The notes: generated from the sequence alone by a model not told the origin. Shown: positions 36,598 through 44,211, counted from the first letter of the stretch. The stretch: 47,263 bases of DNA from Acidovorax sp. (GCA_030150585.1 JASLFM010000190.1:1-47263); one strand, 5' to 3'. Numbers and translations are program-made.

Positions 36598-36611
36598 CTG
36601 ACAACCGTCAG
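36598..36611. promoter_or_regulatory. Candidate FNR-family palindrome CTGAC-AACC-GTCAG
   Basis: Its centre is 70.5 nt upstream of the nitroreductase ATG (36675). Confidence 0.5.
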
Positions 36612-36674
36612 AGTAGACGCAAGCGCATGAGAGCAATCTAGCCACAGATCAGGATTGTTCTTTGCGTCGCATCG

Positions 36675-37313
36675 ATGGAGGTTTCTTTGAGCACCATTCC
36701 TCTCGACCTTGTTCGGGACATCATCCCGCTTCCTCCGATTGACGCAGATGGAAAGCCGCCTTTGCAACAGCTGCTGCGCGCCCGGCGCAGCACACGCGAA
36801 TTTCTCAGCGAACCACTCACGCTGCAGCAACTGGCTGAGCTCCTCTGGTCAGCGTGTGGAGTGAGCAGTGGCGAAACGCAGCGCCGGACGGCGCCTTCGG
36901 CGCATGGCTGGCAAGAGATATCGGTCTATGCACTGTTGCCTGAAGCGGCCTATCGCTACGATGCCATACATCACAGATTGATTCTCGTGAGGGCTGAGGA
37001 TCTCCGCGCGGCCTCTGGGCTGCAGGAGTTTGCAGCTACCGCTCCGCTCAACCTGGTGTATGTGGTTGATTTTGAATTGATGCACGAAGCACCGCCGGAG
37101 GAGCGCCGCTTTCTCTCGGCAATCGATACGGGGTGCATCGCACAGAACGTGTACCTGTACTGCACCGAGGAGGGCCTTGGAACGGTGGTGCGTGCCCTCA
37201 TCGATCGACGCGAACTCGCCGGGGCGCTTGGCCTCAGCTCCACTGAGCGTGTTGTGCTCGCGCAGTCCGTCGGCCACCCGAGATTACCTCTAACCCTCCT
37301 CAGGAGCATGTGA
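36675..37313 (+). CDS. Nitroreductase-family protein (SagB-type dehydrogenase-like)
   Basis: LLRARRSTREFLSEPLTLQQLAELLWSACGV...RTAPSAHGWQEISVYAL is the pattern typical of this family. Confidence 0.85.
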   Translation: MEVSLSTIPLDLVRDIIPLPPIDADGKPPLQQLLRARRSTREFLSEPLTLQQLAELLWSACGVSSGETQRRTAPSAHGWQEISVYALLPEAAYRYDAIHHRLILVRAEDLRAASGLQEFAATAPLNLVYVVDFELMHEAPPEERRFLSAIDTGCIAQNVYLYCTEEGLGTVVRALIDRRELAGALGLSSTERVVLAQSVGHPRLPLTLLRSM

Positions 37314-37780
37314 TGCGCGCCCCCCTGACTGCTGGCGAAATCTGTACGCGCAAGGTCATCTGGACTGATCCCAGCATGACGCTCGCCGAAGCTGCCCGGT
37401 TGATGCAGACGCACCATGTGGGCTCATTGGTGGTGACAGAGCTCCGCGCGGACCATGCGCGTGTGGTGGTCGGCATTCTTACCGACCGTGACATCAGCGC
37501 TGAACTGATCGCTGCCAAGCGCAACCTACACACTTTCCACGTAAGCGACATCATGAAGCGGGATGTGCTCACGGCCAGAGACCAGGATTCCATTTTGGAG
37601 CTGCTCTCCATGATGCGCCGAAAGCGCGTACGCCGTGTGCCCGTCACTAGCACAACGGGAGAGTTAATAGGCATCGTGACGATTGATGACATTCTCGCGG
37701 TCGTGGCACAGCAAATGCAGGCGCTCGCCGATGCGGTCGCGGCAGCTCGCGACCATGAGGTTCGGGGGGCGATGGTATGA
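37310..37780 (+). CDS. CBS-pair domain protein
   Basis: The start (GTG 37310 or ATG 37313) overlaps the nitroreductase stop. It has two CBS motifs (MQTHHVGSLVV...GILTDRDI and MRRKRVRRVPV...GIVTIDDIL). Confidence 0.85.
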   Translation: MMRAPLTAGEICTRKVIWTDPSMTLAEAARLMQTHHVGSLVVTELRADHARVVVGILTDRDISAELIAAKRNLHTFHVSDIMKRDVLTARDQDSILELLSMMRRKRVRRVPVTSTTGELIGIVTIDDILAVVAQQMQALADAVAAARDHEVRGAMV

Positions 37781-38139
37781 CATCCGCAAGATTTGCCGGC
37801 ATGGGATTCTCCAGCCCGAAAGACTGCACGCAGGCCGGTCGCACCGAATTCGGATCGAATGGCAACGTATGGACTGCCAACGCTTCGCAAGCGACGCCGG
37901 GATCCACATTCTTCGCTGATCTGCTCAACCAACTGGAGCGGCATGTCCTGGCGCAGTTTCCTCAAGGAATTGAATTTGCGCAGCAACTATTCCCAAATGA
38001 GTTGCGTGACATTCGGGAAGCCAAGGAACGTCTTGCAGAGGGGCAGTTCGGCCGCTGCGATCTTTGCGGTGAGTTCATTGGATTTCGCCGGTTGGTCATG
38101 CAGCCCACAGCGATGCTCTGCTCAGCTTGCTATCAATAG
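37777..38139 (+). CDS. TraR/DksA-family C4 zinc-finger protein
   Basis: ATG 37777 overlaps the CBS stop (ATGA). The C-terminal C-x2-C-x17-C-x2-C (RCDLCGEFIGFRRLVMQPTAMLCSAC) has exactly the DksA/TraR spacing. The N-terminal 70-80 aa are not recognisable, so the true start may be internal. Confidence 0.68.
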   Translation: MTSARFAGMGFSSPKDCTQAGRTEFGSNGNVWTANASQATPGSTFFADLLNQLERHVLAQFPQGIEFAQQLFPNELRDIREAKERLAEGQFGRCDLCGEFIGFRRLVMQPTAMLCSACYQ

Positions 38140-38243
38140 GAAGTGGCTGCGGCGACAACTATTTTCATGCACAGACGCTGCCGCCTAGGCTCATCGAGCG
38201 TGAAGCAACAGGCACCCATCATCACTCTGCCAGGAGAAATTTC

Positions 38244-38897
38244 ATGAAGACCGACGACCAACTGAAGAAAGATGTGATCTCTGAGTTGCACTGGGACGCC
38301 TCCATCAATGCCACGCGGATCGGTGTGGCCGTGAACGATGGAATTGTGACGCTGAGTGGTCAGGTGGACAACTATTTGCAAAAGCACGCCGTAGAGCGTG
38401 CGGCGCGCCGGGTGGCAGGTGTGCGTGGCATTGCCGTCGACCTTGAGGTTGCGCTTTCATCCGAGCACAAACGCAGCGATACCGATATCGCGCAGGCAGC
38501 GCTGAATGCGTTGCGCTGGCATGCACTGGTTCCCCACAATCAAATCACGGTGGAAGTGGAACAGGGCTGGGTAACCCTCTCCGGCAAGGTGGACTGGTCT
38601 TTTCAGGCGATGAACGCCGAAAAGTGCATACGGCCACTGGTTGGCGTGAGAGGTGTTTCCAACGAAATCCAGCTGAAGCAACAGGTCAATCCGGAGGACC
38701 TTCGGAAAGATCTCATTGCGGCGCTTAATCGCCACGCAGTGCGTGAAGCCAATCACATAAAAATTGATGTTGACGGTTGCGTCGTCACGCTCAGCGGGCA
38801 TGTCGACTCATTGCCTGACCATGATGCCGTCATCGGCGTAACGAGTGTCGCGCGCGGTGTTTCGCGCGTCATAGACCACCTGGAGGTAGGCGCCTGA
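38244..38897 (+). CDS. BON-domain protein (OsmY-like, three BON repeats)
   Basis: ATG 38244 follows the RBS CAGGAGA. Repeated units of the form V.V..G.VTLSG.V (VAVNDGIVTLSGQVD, VEVEQGWVTLSGKVD, IDVDGCVVTLSGHVD) are each followed by V.GVRGI/V. Confidence 0.85.
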   Translation: MKTDDQLKKDVISELHWDASINATRIGVAVNDGIVTLSGQVDNYLQKHAVERAARRVAGVRGIAVDLEVALSSEHKRSDTDIAQAALNALRWHALVPHNQITVEVEQGWVTLSGKVDWSFQAMNAEKCIRPLVGVRGVSNEIQLKQQVNPEDLRKDLIAALNRHAVREANHIKIDVDGCVVTLSGHVDSLPDHDAVIGVTSVARGVSRVIDHLEVGA

Positions 38898-38992
38898 TAC
38901 CCCGCATCACACATGACCACCATAGCTGGCCGCTGAGTTTCTAGCGTTTGGATGTTAGCGGCTGTGCATTTGAAAGATGAAAGGAGTTCCCC

Positions 38993-39448
38993 ATGTCAAA
39001 CACCAACAAGCGAGGCAATAGCGCCGACCATAGCGCCTCATCGGCGGATGTAACAACTTCTGTCAACGATGCGCAACGTGTTCAGATGCGCCTTGCCACA
39101 GAGGCACTATGTGCGGTATTCCGTGGCTTTGAGAACATGCGGAAAGTGCAGGAGCATGCCGCTCACCGTGCGTTGACGCACCATGCGTCTGCAGTGGAGC
39201 GATTGAAGGGGCCGTGCGAGCTGGCCGATCTTCTGAGCATCCAATCGGACCTGCTGAAGTTCGATTTCGAAAGCGCAACGCAGTACTGGCTGGGCTTATG
39301 GATGGGCTCCATACGAATGCAGAATGAGCTGTCAAACTGCGGCCTTCATCTCATGGAAGAAGATAGCCTGCGACAGGCCACGGACGCTTGGCAAAGGATG
39401 CCCCTGTTTCAGATGAGCGGCTACGAGCACTCCGCAAGCCCGGGCTAA
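38993..39448 (+). CDS. Phasin-like (PHA granule-associated) protein, tentative
   Basis: RBS AAAGGAG. Segments FRGFENMRKVQE, LKGPCELADLLSIQSDLLKF and YWLGLWMGSIRMQNEL line up by eye with the Phasin_2 pattern of Cupriavidus PhaP1 (FEGVEKLVEL, AKDAQELLAIQAAAVQP, YTRHLYEIASETQSEF). Confidence 0.5.
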   Translation: MSNTNKRGNSADHSASSADVTTSVNDAQRVQMRLATEALCAVFRGFENMRKVQEHAAHRALTHHASAVERLKGPCELADLLSIQSDLLKFDFESATQYWLGLWMGSIRMQNELSNCGLHLMEEDSLRQATDAWQRMPLFQMSGYEHSASPG

Positions 39449-39603
39449 AGCCGCGCATGCTCAGGGATTGGCGTTCATTCTCCGCAGGCAGGATTCGCCG
39501 CAGCGAGGCCGTTGTACGCTGCTGATGGGAAACGACGATTGACCCCATGATTGCTGGGGGTCGAAGGGATTGTTTACGGACCGCAAGGGCTGTGAGCGAA
39601 TGG

Positions 39604-40434
39604 ATGTATTTCCAAATGCATGGCACGTGGCTCCACCGTTCGATTGCTTGGGTGTTTGTGTTCTGCTCCTTTGCGAGGGCCGCTAATTTGGCTAGCGACT
39701 CCCCTGCGAGTCCTGAGGAGTTGGCGCAGGTATATCGCACCCAGGTGGATCGCCAGCTGGCTGTTCCCGTCTCGGCGCTTCCTCGTTATGCGGAACTAAC
39801 GGAGGAGGCTTTTGCGCAGGCTGCAATCACCCCTGGCCATTCACAATATGTAGTTGTGATAGACCGCAGCCCCGTTGTTCAGGCCCTGTTGCTGCTGTGG
39901 CGCAAGGCCCGAGGTGAGTACGTATTCGTAGGCGCATCGCCCGTGTCTACCGGGCGACCAGGCGGCTTTGATCACTTCATGACTCCCTTGGGGGTCTTCG
40001 ACCATACGCCGGCCAATCCCGATTTTAGAGCGGAAGGAACGTTCAACAGAAACGGTGTTCGCGGATATGGCATCAAGGGGATGCGTGTCTTTGACCTGGG
40101 TTGGCAGCCCGCATCAAAGGGTTGGGGAGATGGTGCCCTCTTGAAGATCCGCTTGCAAATGCATGCCACAGATCCGGATTTTCTGGAGTGGCGTCTCGGC
40201 TCAGCGCAGTCCAAGGGATGCATTCGCATTCCATCCACGCTGAATCAACTGTTCGATCAATATGGCGTAATCGACGCGGCATACGATGAAGCTGAACTTG
40301 CTGGTGCCGCGCTCTGGGTGCTGAGAGCAGATCGGAGGCCTGTGGCTGGCGCCGGTCGGTACATCGTCATCGTTGACAGCGCTGGTGTGGAACGTCCAGA
40401 TTGGAGTCCTGTGCCGAGATCTCCGGGGCGGTGA
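39604..40434 (+). CDS. L,D-transpeptidase (YkuD) family protein
   Basis: Signal peptide (WLHRSIAWVFVFCSFARA) and the catalytic motif HATDPDFLEWRLGSAQSKGCIRIP (His...Ser-x-Gly-Cys-Ile-Arg). The start could be at 39604 or 39616. Confidence 0.72.
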   Translation: MYFQMHGTWLHRSIAWVFVFCSFARAANLASDSPASPEELAQVYRTQVDRQLAVPVSALPRYAELTEEAFAQAAITPGHSQYVVVIDRSPVVQALLLLWRKARGEYVFVGASPVSTGRPGGFDHFMTPLGVFDHTPANPDFRAEGTFNRNGVRGYGIKGMRVFDLGWQPASKGWGDGALLKIRLQMHATDPDFLEWRLGSAQSKGCIRIPSTLNQLFDQYGVIDAAYDEAELAGAALWVLRADRRPVAGAGRYIVIVDSAGVERPDWSPVPRSPGR

Positions 40435-40468
40435 TCGGCAGCATACCCTTCAAGAGAAAAGGTATGGC

Positions 40469-41119
40469 ATGAGCAATTTTCTGTTTTCTGACAGGGTGCA
40501 GGCCGCTGAGAAGCTCACGCAGAAACTCCGGAGCTACATCGACCAGCATGTATTGATCCTGGCAATCCCCCGAGGTGGAGTTCCCATTGGAGCCGTACTG
40601 GCAAGTCAGTTGCGGGGCGAACTCGACGTCGCCATGGTGCACAAGTTGGGGGCGCCAAGCAGCCCGGAACTGGCTATCGGCGCGATCGACGAGGCGGGGC
40701 GCGTTTGGCTGGAGCCGTATGCGCACATGACAGACAAAAGCTATATCGATGCAGAGGCGGGAAGGCAGTTGATGGAGATTCGCCGCCGGCGCGCCCTGTA
40801 TGCGTCTGGACGTGCACCCACTGCTGTAGCGGGGCGTGTGGTTATCGTTGTGGACGACGGGCTAGCAACGGGGGCCACGATGACCGCTGCATTGAGGGCT
40901 GTGCGGGAGCTTCGGCCTCTGAGGCTGGTCTGTGCCGTGCCTGTGGCTTCTGTGGAAGGTATCGAACGGGTGAGGCACTTGGCAGATGAAGTGGTGTGCG
41001 TGGACTACCCCGCTGAGTTTGTTGGGGTCGGTCAGTTCTATGGCTCGTTCCCACAAGTGAGCGATAGTGAGGTAATCGCCCTGCTAAACGGTGGTGCAAC
41101 TAACGGCCCTGGCCAGTGA
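40469..41119 (+). CDS. Phosphoribosyltransferase-domain protein
   Basis: ATG 40469. It has FSDRVQAAEKL...LILAIPRGGVPIG and the PRPP-binding loop VVIVVDDGLATGATM. Confidence 0.85.
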   Translation: MSNFLFSDRVQAAEKLTQKLRSYIDQHVLILAIPRGGVPIGAVLASQLRGELDVAMVHKLGAPSSPELAIGAIDEAGRVWLEPYAHMTDKSYIDAEAGRQLMEIRRRRALYASGRAPTAVAGRVVIVVDDGLATGATMTAALRAVRELRPLRLVCAVPVASVEGIERVRHLADEVVCVDYPAEFVGVGQFYGSFPQVSDSEVIALLNGGATNGPGQ

Positions 41120-41314
41120 CAGCACGCGTTGATGCTGCTCTTTGGGCGCTCCAAGGGCTGCCCCATCAGCTCATGCGGACATCGCAGTTCTCGCTGGGCA
41201 TGGGCCATCTTGATGTCTGCCAATAGCTACGTACTGCAGGTGTGAATTCTGCTTCTTCCTCGCCATTGCGATACCAGGTCGCAGAGCGGTGTCCCGGTGG
41301 TCCATGCACAGATC

Positions 41315-41328
41315 ATGACAGCTGTCAG
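41315..41328. promoter_or_regulatory. FNR-family-like palindrome ATGAC-AGCT-GTCAG (core TGACAGCTGTCA is a perfect 12-bp palindrome)
   Basis: Read directly in the 437-bp gene-free gap. Its half-sites are the same as the boxes at 36598 and 42656. Confidence 0.35.
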
Positions 41329-41410
41329 ATTCTGCTGCGGCACATGTATTAGATTCTTCATGTCATCGTTCACCGGATGGTGCTGCCGACTGCGAAAGCG
41401 TGGCGGAACT

Positions 41411-41436
41411 GGGCCGCACAACCAGCGGCCTTTTTT
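41411..41436 (+). terminator. Intrinsic-terminator-like hairpin: GGCCGC acaacca GCGGCC followed by TTTTTT
   Basis: Read directly. It has a 6-bp all-GC stem, a 7-nt loop and a T6 run. It lies 290 nt downstream of the PRT stop with no convincing ORF in between. Confidence 0.5.
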
Positions 41437-41556
41437 GCCGAGGCATGATGCGCCGCGGCCGTCACCCGACATGCAGGCAGATCCCGCCTTCAGTGGCAAT
41501 CCGGTGGACGATGACTTTTTTTGCGGTAGGCGGGAAAGCTGCCGCAATGCTGTTCG

Positions 41557-42561
41557 CTAGGGTATGAGAACCGCGGCACCTTCCAGAGTGCCATTCCGGA
41601 CAGCCTGTACAGCCGTATTGGCCTCTATCAAAGAATATGTCTGTACATGGGTCGTGACGTGGATGGAATTGAGCAAGGTGAAGAATGCTTGCGCATCGTT
41701 GCGCGTCAAGTTTGCTACCGACCTCAGCTCTCGCTCTCCCCAGAGCAGGGAGTAGGGAAGCGCCGGTATGGCGCTCATGTGAATCCCGCCGCACACCACT
41801 ATTCCGCCTTTGCGTACGCGCGCCAGAGCAAGCGGAACCAGCTGACCACTCGGTGCGAAGATCAATTGGGCGTCGAGTGCAATCGGCGGTGGCATATCGC
41901 TATCGCCTGCCCATATGGCGCCCAGATTCTTTGCAAAGGCCTGTCCCCTTGTGTCGCCGGGCCGGGTGAATGCGAATACTTCCTGGCCGTGGGCAACGGC
42001 CAGTTGACACACGATGTGCGCCGCGGCCCCGAACCCCCAAATGCCGATGCGCCTGGGCTCCATTCCGCCAGCAAGCCGCCAAGTCCGGTATCCAATGAGT
42101 CCCGCGCATAGCAGAGGAGCCACATGGGCGTCGTCGTAGCTATCTGGCAAGGGAATGCAGAAGCGCTCGTCGGCGGCCGCATACTCTGCGTACCCGCCAT
42201 CGCGGTCGTAGCCCGTGAATACAGGCTCGTCGCAGAGGTTCTCCCGTCCCATGTGGCAGAACGCGCATTGGCCGCATGTGCCGCCAAGCCATGGAATGCC
42301 GACACGTTGGCCCACCTCAAAGCGCACAGCCCCCAATCCACGGGCGACGACCTCGCCCACGATCTCATGCCCAGGAACGACACCAGCACGGTGCGGTTGC
42401 AACTCGGCGTCGATAACGTGTAGATCGGTGCGGCACACGCCGCAAGCGCGGACGCGAACCAAGACGTCCTGAGCCTCAAGTTGAGGCAACGGCTTTCGTA
42501 CCAAGAGGAGTTGGTGCGAGGCGGTGTCGGCCTGCATCGCACGCATTGTTGCGGGCAGCAT
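41557..42561 (-). CDS. Zinc-dependent alcohol dehydrogenase (AdhP-like MDR)
   Basis: VRVRACGVCRTDLHVIDAEL...GHEIVGEVV (catalytic Zn), CGQCAFCHMGRENLC (structural Zn) and IWGFGAAAH (Rossmann). The start may be ATG 42546 (MRAMQ...) rather than 42561. Confidence 0.9.
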   Translation of the reverse strand: MLPATMRAMQADTASHQLLLVRKPLPQLEAQDVLVRVRACGVCRTDLHVIDAELQPHRAGVVPGHEIVGEVVARGLGAVRFEVGQRVGIPWLGGTCGQCAFCHMGRENLCDEPVFTGYDRDGGYAEYAAADERFCIPLPDSYDDAHVAPLLCAGLIGYRTWRLAGGMEPRRIGIWGFGAAAHIVCQLAVAHGQEVFAFTRPGDTRGQAFAKNLGAIWAGDSDMPPPIALDAQLIFAPSGQLVPLALARVRKGGIVVCGGIHMSAIPALPYSLLWGERELRSVANLTRNDAQAFFTLLNSIHVTTHVQTYSLIEANTAVQAVRNGTLEGAAVLIP

Positions 42562-42594
42562 GGCTGCATACTAGTCTTGGCGTGCATGACGTGA

Positions 42595-42608
42595 TTGAGA
42601 TCGCGCAA
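42595..42608. promoter_or_regulatory. Candidate FNR-family box TTGAG-ATCG-CGCAA
   Basis: Its centre is 40-64 nt upstream of the possible ADH start codons (42561, 42546, 42537). Confidence 0.4.
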
Positions 42609-42655
42609 TAGCCATTGGGGTGGTGCATGCATCTTCCCTTCAACCGTCACAGAAC

Positions 42656-42669
42656 ATGACGGTTGTCAG
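42656..42669. promoter_or_regulatory. Candidate FNR-family box ATGAC-GGTT-GTCAG, overlapping an 8-bp inverted repeat AACCGTCA-N7-TGACGGTT (42642-42664)
   Basis: Read directly in the 285-bp divergent ADH/GGDEF spacer. Confidence 0.4.
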
Positions 42670-42846
42670 CAGGCGTTGTCAAGGGGTGCGCTGGAATCAA
42701 GACTCTGGAAACCTTGGAGATGCAAAATGGGCCTGTTTGCACTCGTGATGGATGCCGTACCTCCAATCGCGAACCCAGTGATTTCCCGGAGGGAAATGCG
42801 TGGCCGATGGGGGGTGATTTCTGTTCTGTTGGTCGTCAGGTAGCCC

Positions 42847-44211
42847 ATGCTGGTATCTCTTGTGACTGCGTCGGAAGCAGCCCTGCGCGCCATGGCCATG
42901 GCGCTGGACCAACTCGAAGTGGCCATGTGTGTCTTTGACGATGAGGATCGGACCATCCTCTGGAATGACACCTTCCTGCTTTTCTTTCCGGAGCATGCGG
43001 GTCATGTGTTTGCGGGGGAGCATTACCGGGAAAACCTGCGGCGTTTCTATCGGCAGAGACTGGCCCCGGACGAGTTGCCCTCGATGGAGCGCTACATTGA
43101 AGAGGGAGTTCTGCGCCATCGCGGGCAGCAGCGTCCCTATGAGTTCGATCACCATGGCTACCGGGTGCGGGTGGCGTCCCTGCCGCTGGGAAATGGCAAC
43201 CGGGTGCGGCTGTGGCGCAAGACACAACCCTTGCTCACGGGAATGCAGGATTGCCTCAATCCACTGGCAGCGCCGTTGCCAGCATCCATCTCACCGGATA
43301 CGGCGATGGCGCTGGAAAGTCTGGCAGATGGCGTTCTGATGGTGGATGGACAGGAGCGCGCTGTTTGGGCCAACCATGCTTTTCTGGTGCTGTACGGCCT
43401 GTCCAGCATCGTGGATTTGGCCCGGCGCCGGTTCGACGAAATCTACGCCGGGGCATGGCTTGGTGAAGAACCCACGCCAGGCTATGCCGCAGGGCTTGAG
43501 ACATTGAAAGAGCGGCAGCGCTTTTCTGGAGCGCCCTATGAATTGGCGCTACCGCGGGACCGCTGGGTGCACATCGTCGAACTGCGTGGCACGCAGGCCA
43601 ATGGGAACAGTTTCTTCTCGCACATGGACATTACAGAGTCCAGGCAGCAACAAGAGGAGCTCAAGCGCCTGACCTTGCGCCTGGAGTCGCTGGCTGTGAC
43701 GGACGCATTGACCGGGCTGGCCAACCGCCGGCGATTTGACGAAGTTCTGGAGGCCGAGTGGCGCCGGGCCCAGCGTTCGGGGGCGACTCTGTCGCTGCTC
43801 ATGGTGGATGTGGACCACTTCAAGCACCTCAATGACACCTATGGGCATCCGTTCGGTGACGAGGTGCTCAAGCGCCTCGGTGGTGTGTTGGCCAACAGAG
43901 TGCAACGTGCTGGGAGTCTGGTCGCGCGCTATGGGGGCGAGGAATTCGCAGTGCTGCTGCCGGGAACCGACGCTCGGGAGGCTTGGGAGTTGGCGGAGTC
44001 CATCCGGCAGATGGTGCAGGATCTTGTGCACCAGGATGAGCGGACCGGGCCTGTTGGGGCAACTGTCAGCATCGGCGTGGCCTGTGCAAGGGATCTGGCG
44101 CTGCATGCACCCAGCGCTACGCTGGTGGACATGGCGGACCGAGCGCTTTACCAGGCCAAGGGTGCGGGGCGCAACCACGTCACCTGCGCTGAAGGAAATC
44201 TCACACGCTGA
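42847..44211 (+). CDS. Diguanylate cyclase with N-terminal PAS-like sensor domains (GGDEF, no EAL)
   Basis: 454 aa. The GGDEF domain has DALTGLANRRRFDE, MVDVDHFKHLNDTYGHPFGD and RYGGEEFAVLL (active-site GGEEF). Confidence 0.9.
   Translation: MLVSLVTASEAALRAMAMALDQLEVAMCVFDDEDRTILWNDTFLLFFPEHAGHVFAGEHYRENLRRFYRQRLAPDELPSMERYIEEGVLRHRGQQRPYEFDHHGYRVRVASLPLGNGNRVRLWRKTQPLLTGMQDCLNPLAAPLPASISPDTAMALESLADGVLMVDGQERAVWANHAFLVLYGLSSIVDLARRRFDEIYAGAWLGEEPTPGYAAGLETLKERQRFSGAPYELALPRDRWVHIVELRGTQANGNSFFSHMDITESRQQQEELKRLTLRLESLAVTDALTGLANRRRFDEVLEAEWRRAQRSGATLSLLMVDVDHFKHLNDTYGHPFGDEVLKRLGGVLANRVQRAGSLVARYGGEEFAVLLPGTDAREAWELAESIRQMVQDLVHQDERTGPVGATVSIGVACARDLALHAPSATLVDMADRALYQAKGAGRNHVTCAEGNLTR

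Noticed and set aside
41227-41560. ORFs 41227..41547 (minus, 106 aa), 41297..41560 (plus, 87 aa) and 41038..41223 (minus, 61 aa) in or next to the 437-bp gap.
   Set aside because: Their sequences are Cys/Arg-rich or low-complexity, with no RBS and no recognisable family. The plus-strand ORF reads straight through an intrinsic terminator hairpin. A short peptide cannot be excluded without ribosome profiling.
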